A stretch of DNA of 52,607 nucleotides. Source: Cyanobacteria bacterium J06626_4. GTDB taxonomy: Bacteria; Cyanobacteriota; Cyanobacteriia; Phormidesmidales; Phormidesmidaceae. The notes beneath the pieces were generated by a model. That model was not told the origin of the DNA and did not search any database. It was given only the letters and a program-made list of their open reading frames with translations. Each line of letters starts with the position of its first letter. Within the stretch, counting starts at the first letter, position 1. The DNA is taken from contig JBCBJQ010000033.1 in assembly GCA_038523235.1 (NCBI GenBank), positions 1-52,607 of the forward strand. The letters run 5' to 3'. Made by a program: the position numbers and the translations under genes. Positions 18,827 to 28,197 of the stretch are shown here, one piece after another.

Positions 18827-20956
18827 TTACGGGGTTGGAGGATGGGCAACGCGATGGCCTGAGTTTTGGGCGAGCTGCCGGAACGTTTCCTGGGCCGATC
18901 GCCGCGGTGTGTCAGGCGCCAAGGACGGGCGAATATATTGTCCGTTGGGCTGCAGGTGCCAGCTATTTTGGGTATCAGTTAACAGGCACTCAAGGCGCTG
19001 ATACAGATCGGCAATCAGCTCTGGGGCATCGATTGGCACCATTACTTCGATCCGTTGGTTCAGCCCCCGCGGCGTCCAGTCGGCAGTCCCAATCCACGCT
19101 TCGGGCTGTCCCGCATTTTGACAGTAAAGGATACGACTATGTTCGACATATTCGCCCAAAATGCTGACGACGCGAATGCGATCGCTGAGGCCCGGCACAC
19201 CCGGTCGCAGGCGACAGATACTGCGAACAATCAGATCAATCTCGACCCCCGCCGCCGCCGCTTTGTACAGCGCCTCAATAATGTCAGGATCGGCCAGTAA
19301 ATTGAGTTTGGCCATCAGCCGCGCGGGCTGCCCCTGGCGAGCATGGTGCGCTTCGCGCTCAATCAGGCGGGTGAGTTGTTGCTTGAGCTGGCCCGGTGCC
19401 ACCATCAGCGTGGTGTAATCAACCTGACGCGAGCAGCCGGTCAAAAAGTTGAATAAATGGCTCAAATCGACACCAATGTCGGCCCGACTGGTGAGCAGGC
19501 CGAGATCTTCATAGGTTTGCGGGCGATCGGGCAGATAATCGCCTGTACCCAGGTAGGCATACTGACGAATCTGCTGCTTTTCGCGGCGAGCCACGAGCAC
19601 GAGATTGGTATGGGTGCGAAATCCCACCACGCCATACACCACATGGGCCCCGGCTTTTTCTAAGCGTTTGGCCCAGTGAATATTGATGGCCTCATCGAGG
19701 GGCGCGGTCAGTTCGACCAGCACGACAATTTGCTTGCCGGTTTTGGCAGCGGCCATCAGCGATCGCACGATCGGGGCATCAACAGCGGTGCGATAGAGGG
19801 TCATCTTGATGGCCAGCACCGCCGGATCGAGTGCGGCCTGAGTCACGAAGCTTTCGACGGTAGCCGCAAACGAGTGATAGGGAAAATGCAGCAGCAGATC
19901 GCGTTGGGCGATCGTCGCCAGCAAATCTTGGGTGGGTTCAGGAGCAGCGGCCCATGACAGCATCATCGGCTTGGGCTGGGTCACTAAGGCAGCAGGAACC
20001 ACGGGCTGCCAGGTCGGCACAAAGAGGTCAGGTCGGGGAATGCGAGCGAGTTCCTTGAGGTCACTGAGGCCCGACCAGCCGCCGAGCTGATAGGTATCGG
20101 CAGGGCCGAGCTGCAGGTTAGTGGTCAAGTGCGATCGCACCCAATCAGGCATGGTTTTTGACACTTCTAAGCGCACGGGACGCCCCTGCTGCTGGCGCTG
20201 CTGCAGGCTCTCTTGAATCATCTCCAGCAGGTTGGCAGTTTCGGAATCGAGGGTGCCCAGGTTGGCGCTGCGCGTGACGCGAAAGGAAAAGCAGCCGCGC
20301 ACCCGATATTGGGGAAACAGCGTGGGCAGATGAGCCGCGATCACCTGCTCTAACGGCGTGGCTACCCACTCAGCAGCCCCAGTGCCTGACAGGATGATAA
20401 AGCGCGGCAGCACGCGTGGCAGCTTGACCCAGCCCAACTGGTCGCCCTGGCCAGTCTCCAGCCAAACGGCCAGATGCAAACTGAGGTTAGAAAAGTCAGG
20501 CGTCGGCTTGAGGGGCGATGTAATCAAGGCTGTCAGCACCGGCACCACTTCGTCTTCAAAGCGTTGATAGCCGTGCTGCTGTTGGCGATCGCTCAGGGCG
20601 GCATAGTTCACCAAATGGACGCCGTGCTGAGCTAAGCAGGGCTTCAAGTTATAGATAAAGTGAGCCTGCTGCCGGGCCACGAGCGCCCTTAAATAAGGGC
20701 GAATATGCTGCAAAGAATCAGGATGATCGGCGATCGCAACGGGGCCGTGGGCAGTTTTTAATAGCGGCACGCGCACCATAAAATATTCGTCGAGCGCTGC
20801 GGCCGCCTGAGCCAGCCTGAGCAGACGGCTCAACGGCGGTTGAGCGGTGTCAGCAAGGTCATAAATCAAGCGCCGATTAAAGGCAATCCAGCTGAGCTCT
20901 CGGTCTAACAGCCGTGGTGGGTGACTATTTAAGGTGAACTCAGAAGATGACAGCAT
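18827..20956 (-). CDS. ppk1: Polyphosphate kinase 1-like protein, divergent
   Basis: 'DRELSWIAFN', 'IKMTLYRT', 'NIHWAKRLEKAG', 'EHSR', 'ADW...RIE'; full-length 709 aa, but many active-site motifs are altered. Confidence 0.85.
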   Translation of the reverse strand: MLSSSEFTLNSHPPRLLDRELSWIAFNRRLIYDLADTAQPPLSRLLRLAQAAAALDEYFMVRVPLLKTAHGPVAIADHPDSLQHIRPYLRALVARQQAHFIYNLKPCLAQHGVHLVNYAALSDRQQQHGYQRFEDEVVPVLTALITSPLKPTPDFSNLSLHLAVWLETGQGDQLGWVKLPRVLPRFIILSGTGAAEWVATPLEQVIAAHLPTLFPQYRVRGCFSFRVTRSANLGTLDSETANLLEMIQESLQQRQQQGRPVRLEVSKTMPDWVRSHLTTNLQLGPADTYQLGGWSGLSDLKELARIPRPDLFVPTWQPVVPAALVTQPKPMMLSWAAAPEPTQDLLATIAQRDLLLHFPYHSFAATVESFVTQAALDPAVLAIKMTLYRTAVDAPIVRSLMAAAKTGKQIVVLVELTAPLDEAINIHWAKRLEKAGAHVVYGVVGFRTHTNLVLVARREKQQIRQYAYLGTGDYLPDRPQTYEDLGLLTSRADIGVDLSHLFNFLTGCSRQVDYTTLMVAPGQLKQQLTRLIEREAHHARQGQPARLMAKLNLLADPDIIEALYKAAAAGVEIDLIVRSICRLRPGVPGLSDRIRVVSILGEYVEHSRILYCQNAGQPEAWIGTADWTPRGLNQRIEVMVPIDAPELIADLYQRLECLLTDTQNSWHLQPNGQYIRPSLAPDTPRRSAQETFRQLAQNSGHRVAHPPTP

Positions 20957-21283
20957 ATTAAGAAATCCATGCGCGATCGCCCCACGACTGAATGATCCAT
21001 AATCGGCGTCTGTGAGCTACCCATAAGCAACGACTCAAGACACTCAGCTATCAGCTCATAGAGGATGGCCTAGGCTATCACTTCATCACTGTAATCATTG
21101 TGGCTTCTCGAACAACTCGAATATCCGCTGAAAAATCTGCGTCGTTGTTGGTAGATGACGGCGGAGACTGGGAGCCTGCTGCCAAAAATCTGTCAACGAC
21201 TTTTGTGCCAAGCTATCTAACCCCTTATTGGCGCACTGGCTCACAGCGCTGAGAACGTTTGCTATCGGCACTCGCAACCTGCT

Positions 21284-21490
21284 CTAAAAGACTTCGTTTT
21301 CCTGTCCCTTCCACCATTCCCCCAGCTTCATCAGCGACTCATGGAGTTCGGACAGCTCTTTAAGGTAGGTCTCAGGTGCCATCGTGGATTTTCGTTCCCG
21401 CAGCTTTTGCAAGCGCCACTGAATCACCATCCAGGGTTTGGAGAGACTATCAGTCTGCTCAATATAGCGAGCAATATCGTCACTGTTCAT
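21284..21490 (-). CDS. Small conserved cyanobacterial hypothetical protein (68 aa)
   Basis: 'MNSDDIARYIEQTDSLSKPW...RLQKL...LMKLGEWWKGQENEVF'; ATG at 21490 preferred over the longer track ORF. Confidence 0.75.
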   Translation of the reverse strand: MNSDDIARYIEQTDSLSKPWMVIQWRLQKLRERKSTMAPETYLKELSELHESLMKLGEWWKGQENEVF

Positions 21491-21605
21491 AGCGGGCTCA
21501 CCCAAGCACTTGAAGATTAGCGGTGTAGACACTATAACGTTGGCCCGGTCGAACCCTCTGCCAGATCCAGGGATACTCTCGTCCCAGCGAGAAGCCTTGA
21601 TCACC

Positions 21606-21641
21606 AAAGCCCCCCGTTAGCAGACTAACGAGAGGGCTTTT
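21606..21641 (-). terminator. Intrinsic terminator-like hairpin downstream of the channel-like gene
   Basis: AAAGCCCCCCGTTAG-CAGA-CTAACGAGAGGGCTTT about 25 nt after the stop at 21666. Confidence 0.6.
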
Positions 21642-21665
21642 GAATAAGGTATTGGATGAATCGCG

Positions 21666-23351
21666 TTAACGCTGCTTAAAGGCGTTCAGCCATTCGCGCA
21701 TTTGCTCAGCCGCCAGGTCACGGCCCCCCAAGCCAAAGGCGATCGCGATCGCCACGGAGATGGCCCCCAACAGCAGACCAAAGGCCAGGTTGACGATGTC
21801 AGTGGCGACGCCCATCTGCTGCAGACCCATCGCGCCCACCAAGGTAATGATGGCAACGCGGGCTGCCTGCGCCAAGAAGTTAGCTTGGCCTCCCCCCATA
21901 CTGCGAATCAAGCGGAACGCCAGATTAGCAAAATAGAGACCGACCGCAAACACCACCAAACCGCTCAGCACGCGCGCTGAAATTCGCAAGATCGCCTGCA
22001 CGATTTGCGTCAACGTCGCAAAGCCGAGAATTTCGGTAGCAGTAATGGCCCCAAACAGCACGATGGCGACGAGAGTCACCAGTCCAGCAATATCCGCAGG
22101 AGAGCGCCCGGCCTCTTCTACCCTGACTTCGGGCTGACCGGTCGGATAGACATCAGGCTGAGTACCAACCCCGGGAGCCGCATCCGGATAGACCGTGGTC
22201 GGCGGCGTGGTCGTCAGTTCCGGGAGCCCCAAAATACTGAAAATGTTGTCAAACCCAACCGAGCGGAGCAGGCTCGTTACCAAGTCGCCCACAAACCGGC
22301 CCACCACATAGGCCACGACTAACACCACACCCGCCATGATGATCTGCGGAATGGTTTCCAAGATCAGTTCCAGCATGGCGATCGCGGGCCCAGAGATCGC
22401 GTCAATGTCCAGCTCGTTGAGCGCCGCCACCACAGCGGGAATCAGAATCAAGACAAAGACAATCGTGCCCGCCAACTTGGACAGTGAGATGCCCTCGGTG
22501 GCCTCTGTCGAAGCTAGCCCAAAGCGAGCACCAATGCTGTCGGCCTGAGTTGCGTGCAGCAAGTTGGTGACAATGTCACGCACGATGCGAGCGATAAACC
22601 AACCCACGACCAAGATGATGCCCGCGGTCAGAATGCGCGGAATCGCCTGCAGGAACTGTTCAATCAGACCTTCGATCGGCTCCAACAGGCCGGGCAGATC
22701 CAGCGCACTCAAAATGAGCGGAATGAACAGTAAAAAGATGAACCAATAGAGAATGTTGCCAATCGACTCGTTCACCATAAAGGGGCTGCTGCCGCCTTCA
22801 CCCATTTGCTCAGACAGGCGGTCGTCTAAGTTAAACCGCGATAACCCCTGAGTGACCAAGACTTTGACAATGGTCGCCGTCGCCCAAGCCACGGCCAGCA
22901 GCAACAGAGCGCCCCCAATGCGCGGCAAATACTGAAAGATTTCTTGTAAGAATTCGTTCAGCGGCTCAGAAACCACCTCTAAGTTGAGGGCATTCAAGAA
23001 CGCCACCAACGTAAAGATCATGATGATCCAATACACGCCGGTGGCCACCCACTGCTCAATCGGCACATCGCGATCGCTGCTTTGACCCATCACCATATTG
23101 GTCAGGCGATCGTCCAGAGTGGTGCGCAGCAGTAAATTTTTAACGAGGGAAGCCGCCACAGTCGCCACGATCCATCCTGCGATCAAAATGACGATGGCCC
23201 AAATTAAGCTGGGCAAGAATGCGCCGAGGGTGCGGCTCATTTCTTCGACAAAGTTGCCGAGTGGCGTGATATCGACTTGAGCAAGTAGAGGAGAGGGCTC
23301 CAGGGGCGGAGACACCGAGGCGCTCAGTAAGTTGTTAGGGCTGACTATCAT
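21666..23351 (-). CDS. Mechanosensitive-channel-associated TM-helix-repeat protein (CmpX-like)
   Basis: Repeated 'LPxxxxAxxILxxGWxxA' helices; C-terminal 'IVNLAFGLLLGAISVAIAIAFGLGGR'. Start uncertain. Confidence 0.8.
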   Translation of the reverse strand: MIVSPNNLLSASVSPPLEPSPLLAQVDITPLGNFVEEMSRTLGAFLPSLIWAIVILIAGWIVATVAASLVKNLLLRTTLDDRLTNMVMGQSSDRDVPIEQWVATGVYWIIMIFTLVAFLNALNLEVVSEPLNEFLQEIFQYLPRIGGALLLLAVAWATATIVKVLVTQGLSRFNLDDRLSEQMGEGGSSPFMVNESIGNILYWFIFLLFIPLILSALDLPGLLEPIEGLIEQFLQAIPRILTAGIILVVGWFIARIVRDIVTNLLHATQADSIGARFGLASTEATEGISLSKLAGTIVFVLILIPAVVAALNELDIDAISGPAIAMLELILETIPQIIMAGVVLVVAYVVGRFVGDLVTSLLRSVGFDNIFSILGLPELTTTPPTTVYPDAAPGVGTQPDVYPTGQPEVRVEEAGRSPADIAGLVTLVAIVLFGAITATEILGFATLTQIVQAILRISARVLSGLVVFAVGLYFANLAFRLIRSMGGGQANFLAQAARVAIITLVGAMGLQQMGVATDIVNLAFGLLLGAISVAIAIAFGLGGRDLAAEQMREWLNAFKQR

Positions 23352-23654
23352 GGTTCCTGAGATTACGATTTCTTCACTGATTTCTGGCGTTTTTGGCCAC
23401 AACGCACGATCTACGCGACCTAAATACCGTCGAGTCCACTTATGGAGCTATATTTGCGTGAAATCACCATTAATACAACCCTGCACCGTCTCTCACGAGA
23501 TAGAAATTATTGATATCTCTCTAGGGATGCGCCTCAATTACCGCAATCAGCATTATTACGGGCAATCGCGAGGCGGGCCCCTTTTCCCAGTCAGTTCAAG
23601 TGCCCGCGATCGCTGGGGTGAGCCGGCGGCGAGAAAGTTTTTCAGAATTAAAGC

Positions 23655-24101
23655 ATGACCAGTCCGCAAGTCTTTGAGCAGTCGATTCAGATTCAGACCA
23701 GTGCCACTGTCGTCGAGCGCTGTATCGTCGAGCGCGACCTCATGGGACAGTGGCTCAACCCGGCACTGCGCTGCGAACCCCTGGGTGAGACCTGGGATAC
23801 CGAACTCGGTGGCCAAAGCCGCTTCGTGATCCAAATTCCGCTGGTTGAGCCCGCGCTAATTAGTACTGTTGTGGAAAGAAATCCGGGCCTGATCGTGTGG
23901 GGTTTCTCTGGCTTTTTTACCGGCCGCGATCGCTGGGAATGTCAGCCCAACGCTACCGGTACGCGTTTGCTCAATCGCTTTGAATTTGTCATTCCGAATC
24001 CGCTGGTGGCCTTTGGGTTTAAGACCTTTGCCGCCACCTGGACTAAGCAAGATATGGTGGCTCAGCTGCAGCGCCTGAAGAATGTTGCCGAGCGCCTATA
24101 A
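23655..24101 (+). CDS. SRPBCC/START family protein
   Basis: 'FEQSIQI', 'WLNPALRCEP', 'GFFTGRDRWEC', 'LLNRFEF'. Confidence 0.8.
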   Translation: MTSPQVFEQSIQIQTSATVVERCIVERDLMGQWLNPALRCEPLGETWDTELGGQSRFVIQIPLVEPALISTVVERNPGLIVWGFSGFFTGRDRWECQPNATGTRLLNRFEFVIPNPLVAFGFKTFAATWTKQDMVAQLQRLKNVAERL

Positions 24102-24148
24102 CTCTATCTCCATTCCCCTGCTAATAGCGCAGTCTGGGTGTTGTCAAG

Positions 24149-24685
24149 CTAGCCCCTCAACCACCACAAACTCCCTAACGTCAGCACCACTAGGGCGATC
24201 GCTGCGAACAAGAAACCGTTATCGCCGGTATTCATCTGACTGAGATCTTCGGGTTTGGGCTCAGCACTCAGAGTGGGCCGTGATTTGCGGGGGAGGTCAG
24301 CTTGACTGAGAGAAAAGTTCGCCCGATCACTCTCCTCTAAAGCACTGAGGTCAGGCAGCGGCGTCAGCCAGTCGGCGCGGCGCTGCAATTGGGGGGCCTG
24401 CAAAATTTCGAGGACTCGCTTGCTCTGCTTGCGCACGTTCACGTCAGGATGCTTAGCGAGTTTTTCCCCCAGGGCGATCGCTTCGGCTTGTCGCCCTGCC
24501 GCCGAGTAGGCATTCATCAACCAGAGCTGAATGCTGCCGCCCAATAGCGTTGCCCCCCCCGCGAGGCGGCTGCCCGTCTCAAACGCTAAAACGGCATCTC
24601 GATAGTTGCCCCGTTCAAACGCCAGTTGGCCCGCCGCATAGAGTGATTCGGCTTGAGCAATTTTCTCAGAGGGCTGTGATGTCAT
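24149..24685 (-). CDS. TPR-like protein with C-terminal membrane anchor
   Basis: 'YAAGQLAFERGNY', 'QLWLMNAYSAAG', 'LQAPQL'; hydrophobic C-terminus. Confidence 0.75.
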   Translation of the reverse strand: MTSQPSEKIAQAESLYAAGQLAFERGNYRDAVLAFETGSRLAGGATLLGGSIQLWLMNAYSAAGRQAEAIALGEKLAKHPDVNVRKQSKRVLEILQAPQLQRRADWLTPLPDLSALEESDRANFSLSQADLPRKSRPTLSAEPKPEDLSQMNTGDNGFLFAAIALVVLTLGSLWWLRG

Positions 24686-25020
24686 GGCTTTGCGGTGCCT
24701 GATCGAATCTTAGCGGGGTTTCCCTTGATTAAAGGATGCATCAGTAAAATCCATTTTGCTGTTAGCTCGGCCTAGTCGGCGGCCCGAGGCCGTTAGCCCC
24801 AGCTGCTCTAGTTCTATCAGACCGGCAGGCCGCTGCCGCTGGTTGGAGTGCCCTGAGCCTCGCCATTCCAGGAACTCAAACGCAACTGCTCCACTTGGGG
24901 ACACCGGGACCAAGGGACCAGGGCCATTTCGAAAAGAGTACTGGGAGAGTGGATGAACACTCGTTAGCGGCATCACTTTCCAAACCCAGTATTAAGCTTC
25001 GTGAATTTAGCGAAGGACAT

Positions 25021-25029
25021 TGGTAGGAT
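25021..25029 (+). promoter_or_regulatory. Putative extended -10 element (TGgTAGGAT) upstream of ndhP
   Basis: TG-n-TAGGAT about 115 nt upstream of the ndhP ATG. Confidence 0.4.
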
Positions 25030-25142
25030 CACTAATAGTGAGTAAGCTTAGGCGTCTCAGCGCTTTTTCAAACGAGCCTCGACGCTCAGCCAGCTCGCAT
25101 CTTCAGTACATCTTCATAATCATCATTTAGACGTTTTATCTT

Positions 25143-25265
25143 ATGGATATCAAGGCGATTTTGTTAGTGCTAACCGGCATTTTTGTCGTCGCAACGCTCT
25201 TTTTCGGCACTCGCAACGGTTTCTACGATAGTGATGATTACCACGGCAATGGCTCTGCCCACTAG
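25143..25265 (+). CDS. ndhP: NDH-1L small subunit NdhP (40 aa)
   Basis: Hand translation MDIKAILLVLTGIFVVATLFFGTRNGFYDSDDYHGNGSAH*: one TM helix plus the NdhP signature 'FGTRNGFYD...YHGNGSAH'. Below the ORF-track cutoff. Confidence 0.95.
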   Translation: MDIKAILLVLTGIFVVATLFFGTRNGFYDSDDYHGNGSAH

Positions 25266-25400
25266 GTTGAGTGCTGCAAAGCTGCCGTAGCGTCTGCTCT
25301 TTCGTCACTGACTCAGCGAGCTTGTGGACTCGTGACAGTGGCTCTGATTGATGCACCTAGAGCGGGGCAGCTAAGGGGGTGGTCATTAGATAGGAAACCG

Positions 25401-27080
25401 GTGAGCGAATTATCTTGTTTACCCTACGGCGTCGGTCACGCTGAAGAGGGGGTCTGCCTGCAGGTGCAGATGGGGCCTTACCGCGTGATGTTGGACTGTG
25501 GCTTAACGTCTCTCGAAGCCCGATGGTCAGCCACCGACCAGCTTGCTCCAGTTGATTTTGTGTTTTGTAGCCACGCCCATCCTGATCATGGGCGATCGCT
25601 ACTAAAGCTACATCAGCGCTGGCCTGAGCTACCAATTTATTGCAGTGAGGCGACTGCCGAGCTGCTGCCGCTTAACTGGCCGTTAGAGACATTACCGGCT
25701 GGGGCTGATTTTTGTCAGCGACTGCCCTGGCGACAATCGGTTGAGTTGGCAGCGGGCCTAACGGCTCAACTCTGGCCCGCTGGGCATCTGCCCGGTGCCG
25801 CCTGTATTTTCATCACCTATGCCGCGCCCGAACGACACTACAGCGTTTTTTACACGGGCGACTGCTTTCTCTCCAACTCACGGCTAGTCGAAGGCTTGCC
25901 GCTCGACGAACTGCGGGGTTTAAAGCCCGACGTGCTCATTGTCGAAGGCAGTCAGGGCACGGCCCGGTATCCCCATCGTCGCCAGCAAGAAAATCGACTC
26001 GCGGATCAGATTAATCAGGCGATCGCCACGGGCCACAACGTGCTCTTGCCAGTCCCTCGGATGGGGTTAGGCCAAGAACTGCTGATGCTCTTGCGCAGCC
26101 ACCATCATTTCACCGGGCGTGATTTGACCGTCTGGGTCGATGCCTGGGTGGCCCAAGTTTGTGACATCTATCTCGATCTGTTGCCACACTTGCCGAGCAA
26201 TGTGCAAAACTTTGCCCGGCATCAGCCACTCTTTTGGGACGATCGCGTGCTGCCGCATCTGCAGCGCCTGCCGCCCACCTTGCCCGACGACCCCGGTCAT
26301 CCCGCCATTCTGGTGGGATATCAAAACGCCAACTTGGCGGCACTGGTCCGTTGGGGGCAGCGGCCCTGGCGCATCTTTTTGCCCGATGACCTGGCCAGCA
26401 GCGTGGTCAACGCAGGCTTAGAAAATGACCCCACGCATTCCCAGCCCACGCTCAATTGGCTGCAAGATCTCGGCCCTGAACTAGGGCAGGGGCAAGTGCA
26501 TTTAGATGCCTATTTGTTGACGACCCATAGCGATGGCGCGGGGACCACGCAGCTGATTCACAATTTGCGCCCGCACCACGTGGTGTTTGTCCATGGTTCC
26601 CCCGGCTTCCTTGCCGATTTGGCCAGTTTAGAAGATTTGCAGAGCCGCTATAAGCTACATTTGCCGTCCGCCAATCAGGTGGTGGAGCTGCCCATTGGGG
26701 ATACCTTTTTACAGCCCGTCGCCCCGGATACGGTGTTTGAAGGGGAAATTGCCGCCACTGAGGCCGGGTTAACCGTGACCCTGCCACCCGAGTTACAGGA
26801 CGACCCCCGGTGGAACCAGTTAGCCGATACCGGCGTAGTGCAGATTCGCTGGCAGGGCAATGAGCTCGTGGTGCGGGGGCTGACGCAACAGTCGCTCCTG
26901 CGACAGGCCAACTCGCCCGCCACCCTGAATCCGTCGGTGCAGTGCTGTTTTAATTGCGTGCACTGGCAGCAACCGCGCTGCAATAACACCGCCTCGCCGA
27001 TGTATGGTTTTCCGGTCGCAGCCGAGGGCTATTGCCCGCAATTTGCGGCCTCACAAGACACCGAAGCTAACGCGGACTGA
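25401..27080 (+). CDS. Metallo-beta-lactamase / beta-CASP family nuclease with Cys-rich C-terminus
   Basis: 'LDCG', 'SHAHPDH', 'AGHLPG', 'YTGD', 'THSD', 'VHG'; C-terminal 'CCFNC..C..C'. Confidence 0.85.
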   Translation: MSELSCLPYGVGHAEEGVCLQVQMGPYRVMLDCGLTSLEARWSATDQLAPVDFVFCSHAHPDHGRSLLKLHQRWPELPIYCSEATAELLPLNWPLETLPAGADFCQRLPWRQSVELAAGLTAQLWPAGHLPGAACIFITYAAPERHYSVFYTGDCFLSNSRLVEGLPLDELRGLKPDVLIVEGSQGTARYPHRRQQENRLADQINQAIATGHNVLLPVPRMGLGQELLMLLRSHHHFTGRDLTVWVDAWVAQVCDIYLDLLPHLPSNVQNFARHQPLFWDDRVLPHLQRLPPTLPDDPGHPAILVGYQNANLAALVRWGQRPWRIFLPDDLASSVVNAGLENDPTHSQPTLNWLQDLGPELGQGQVHLDAYLLTTHSDGAGTTQLIHNLRPHHVVFVHGSPGFLADLASLEDLQSRYKLHLPSANQVVELPIGDTFLQPVAPDTVFEGEIAATEAGLTVTLPPELQDDPRWNQLADTGVVQIRWQGNELVVRGLTQQSLLRQANSPATLNPSVQCCFNCVHWQQPRCNNTASPMYGFPVAAEGYCPQFAASQDTEANAD

Positions 27081-27177
27081 GCCCCATCGGCGACGGGGTT
27101 CAGGCAAGAAATCGGCGCCAACAAGCCTCCCCGACGACTGGGCGTGGCCCGGTTCAACCCGGACCTAACGCCAACCG

Positions 27178-27214
27178 GTGGCTGCCGCCAGATAGGTCAT
27201 CTGGCGGCAGCCAC
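27178..27214. terminator. Perfect 16-bp GC-rich hairpin between convergent genes
   Basis: GTGGCTGCCGCCAGAT-AGGTC-ATCTGGCGGCAGCCAC. Confidence 0.6.
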
Positions 27215-27240
27215 GCTATCAATTTAGACCTGAGTCACCC

Positions 27241-27555
27241 TTAGTCGGGATTTGACTCGTGGCGATGGGGGTCAGAGAGCTGCTCTGTCTCCGGGCAGTC
27301 TTCTGCCAGGGGGAAGTCAAATTCGCCGCGGGGCACCGTGGCTAACCGCTGCATGATGGAGCCAATGCTTTCGAGGCGAATCAGCTCCTCCCAAGAACTC
27401 ACCTCATCTTCTTCATCGGTTTCGTAGCGAACGGTGACGAGATCGCCTTCAATATCTAAAATCGTGGCGCGTTCGAGCCAGCGCTGCTGGTCCCGTAAGA
27501 AAATCCAGACCTCTTTACCCTCACAGCAAAGTTGATAGATCTTGCGGTGAAGCAT
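27241..27555 (-). CDS. Conserved cyanobacterial protein (DUF6679-like)
   Basis: 'MLHRKIYQLCCEGKEVWIFLRDQQRW...SWEELIRLESIG'. Confidence 0.8.
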   Translation of the reverse strand: MLHRKIYQLCCEGKEVWIFLRDQQRWLERATILDIEGDLVTVRYETDEEDEVSSWEELIRLESIGSIMQRLATVPRGEFDFPLAEDCPETEQLSDPHRHESNPD

Positions 27556-28197
27556 AAAACGTAACTCCTCAGTAGTGATATTCAAACGGGTTCGATTTTT
27601 AGGTCTTTAGGGTTTACATGTACAGTCATCATCGCCGCGATCGCCGTCTAACTGACGATCCGCGAATAGACCTTTGCCAGGAAGCCCTAGCCTGATTGAC
27701 CATCACACATCAAATGACTTCCCTCTAGTCTATCCCTCCCTCAGACGAACGAGATCATTTGCCCCGGCAAACACTTAAAAAAGTGACGGGATGTGCTCCA
27801 GCAGGTTCCCCAGGGCAATTTTCCCGGTCACTGGCTCAATGACGCAGAGCCTTGTCAGACAAGGGATTGAGCACACGACACAAGCGTTGGGCGATCGCCC
27901 AACCCCGTTTTTTTGATGGGTCAGGTTGTCGCCCTTTAAGATGTAAAAAATCATACGGGGTCATGATCGCCCCAGCCGATGGGTCGTAAATAGCGCCTAC
28001 CGAGCAGCCTGCGACCGCCATAACCAGGGATTGATGCCTCCTGTTTTCTCAGCCCATTAGGACTGATGCCGGTGCATCGGGTGTGGCCTCTCACGTCCCC
28101 CAGTTGGGGCACTCAGAGGCCACACTCCTGATTCAGAAACAAACGCGGTGAAGGCGTCAGTTCGCCCCTAAGAGATAAGCAAACGGTGGTTTCGACG

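Noticed and set aside
21095..21277. 60-aa ORF between the small conserved gene and ppk1
   Set aside because: TTG start, no RBS and no recognisable motif; it cannot be supported.
27148..27165. CCGGTTCAACCCGG resembling a tRNA T-arm
   Set aside because: The loop and stem geometry is wrong and no cloverleaf forms around it.
27766..27790. GGCAAA-CACTT-AAAA-AAGTG-ACG resembling the first stem of a c-di-GMP-I riboswitch
   Set aside because: The loop is not GNRA, and the following GCAAA and second stem are absent.
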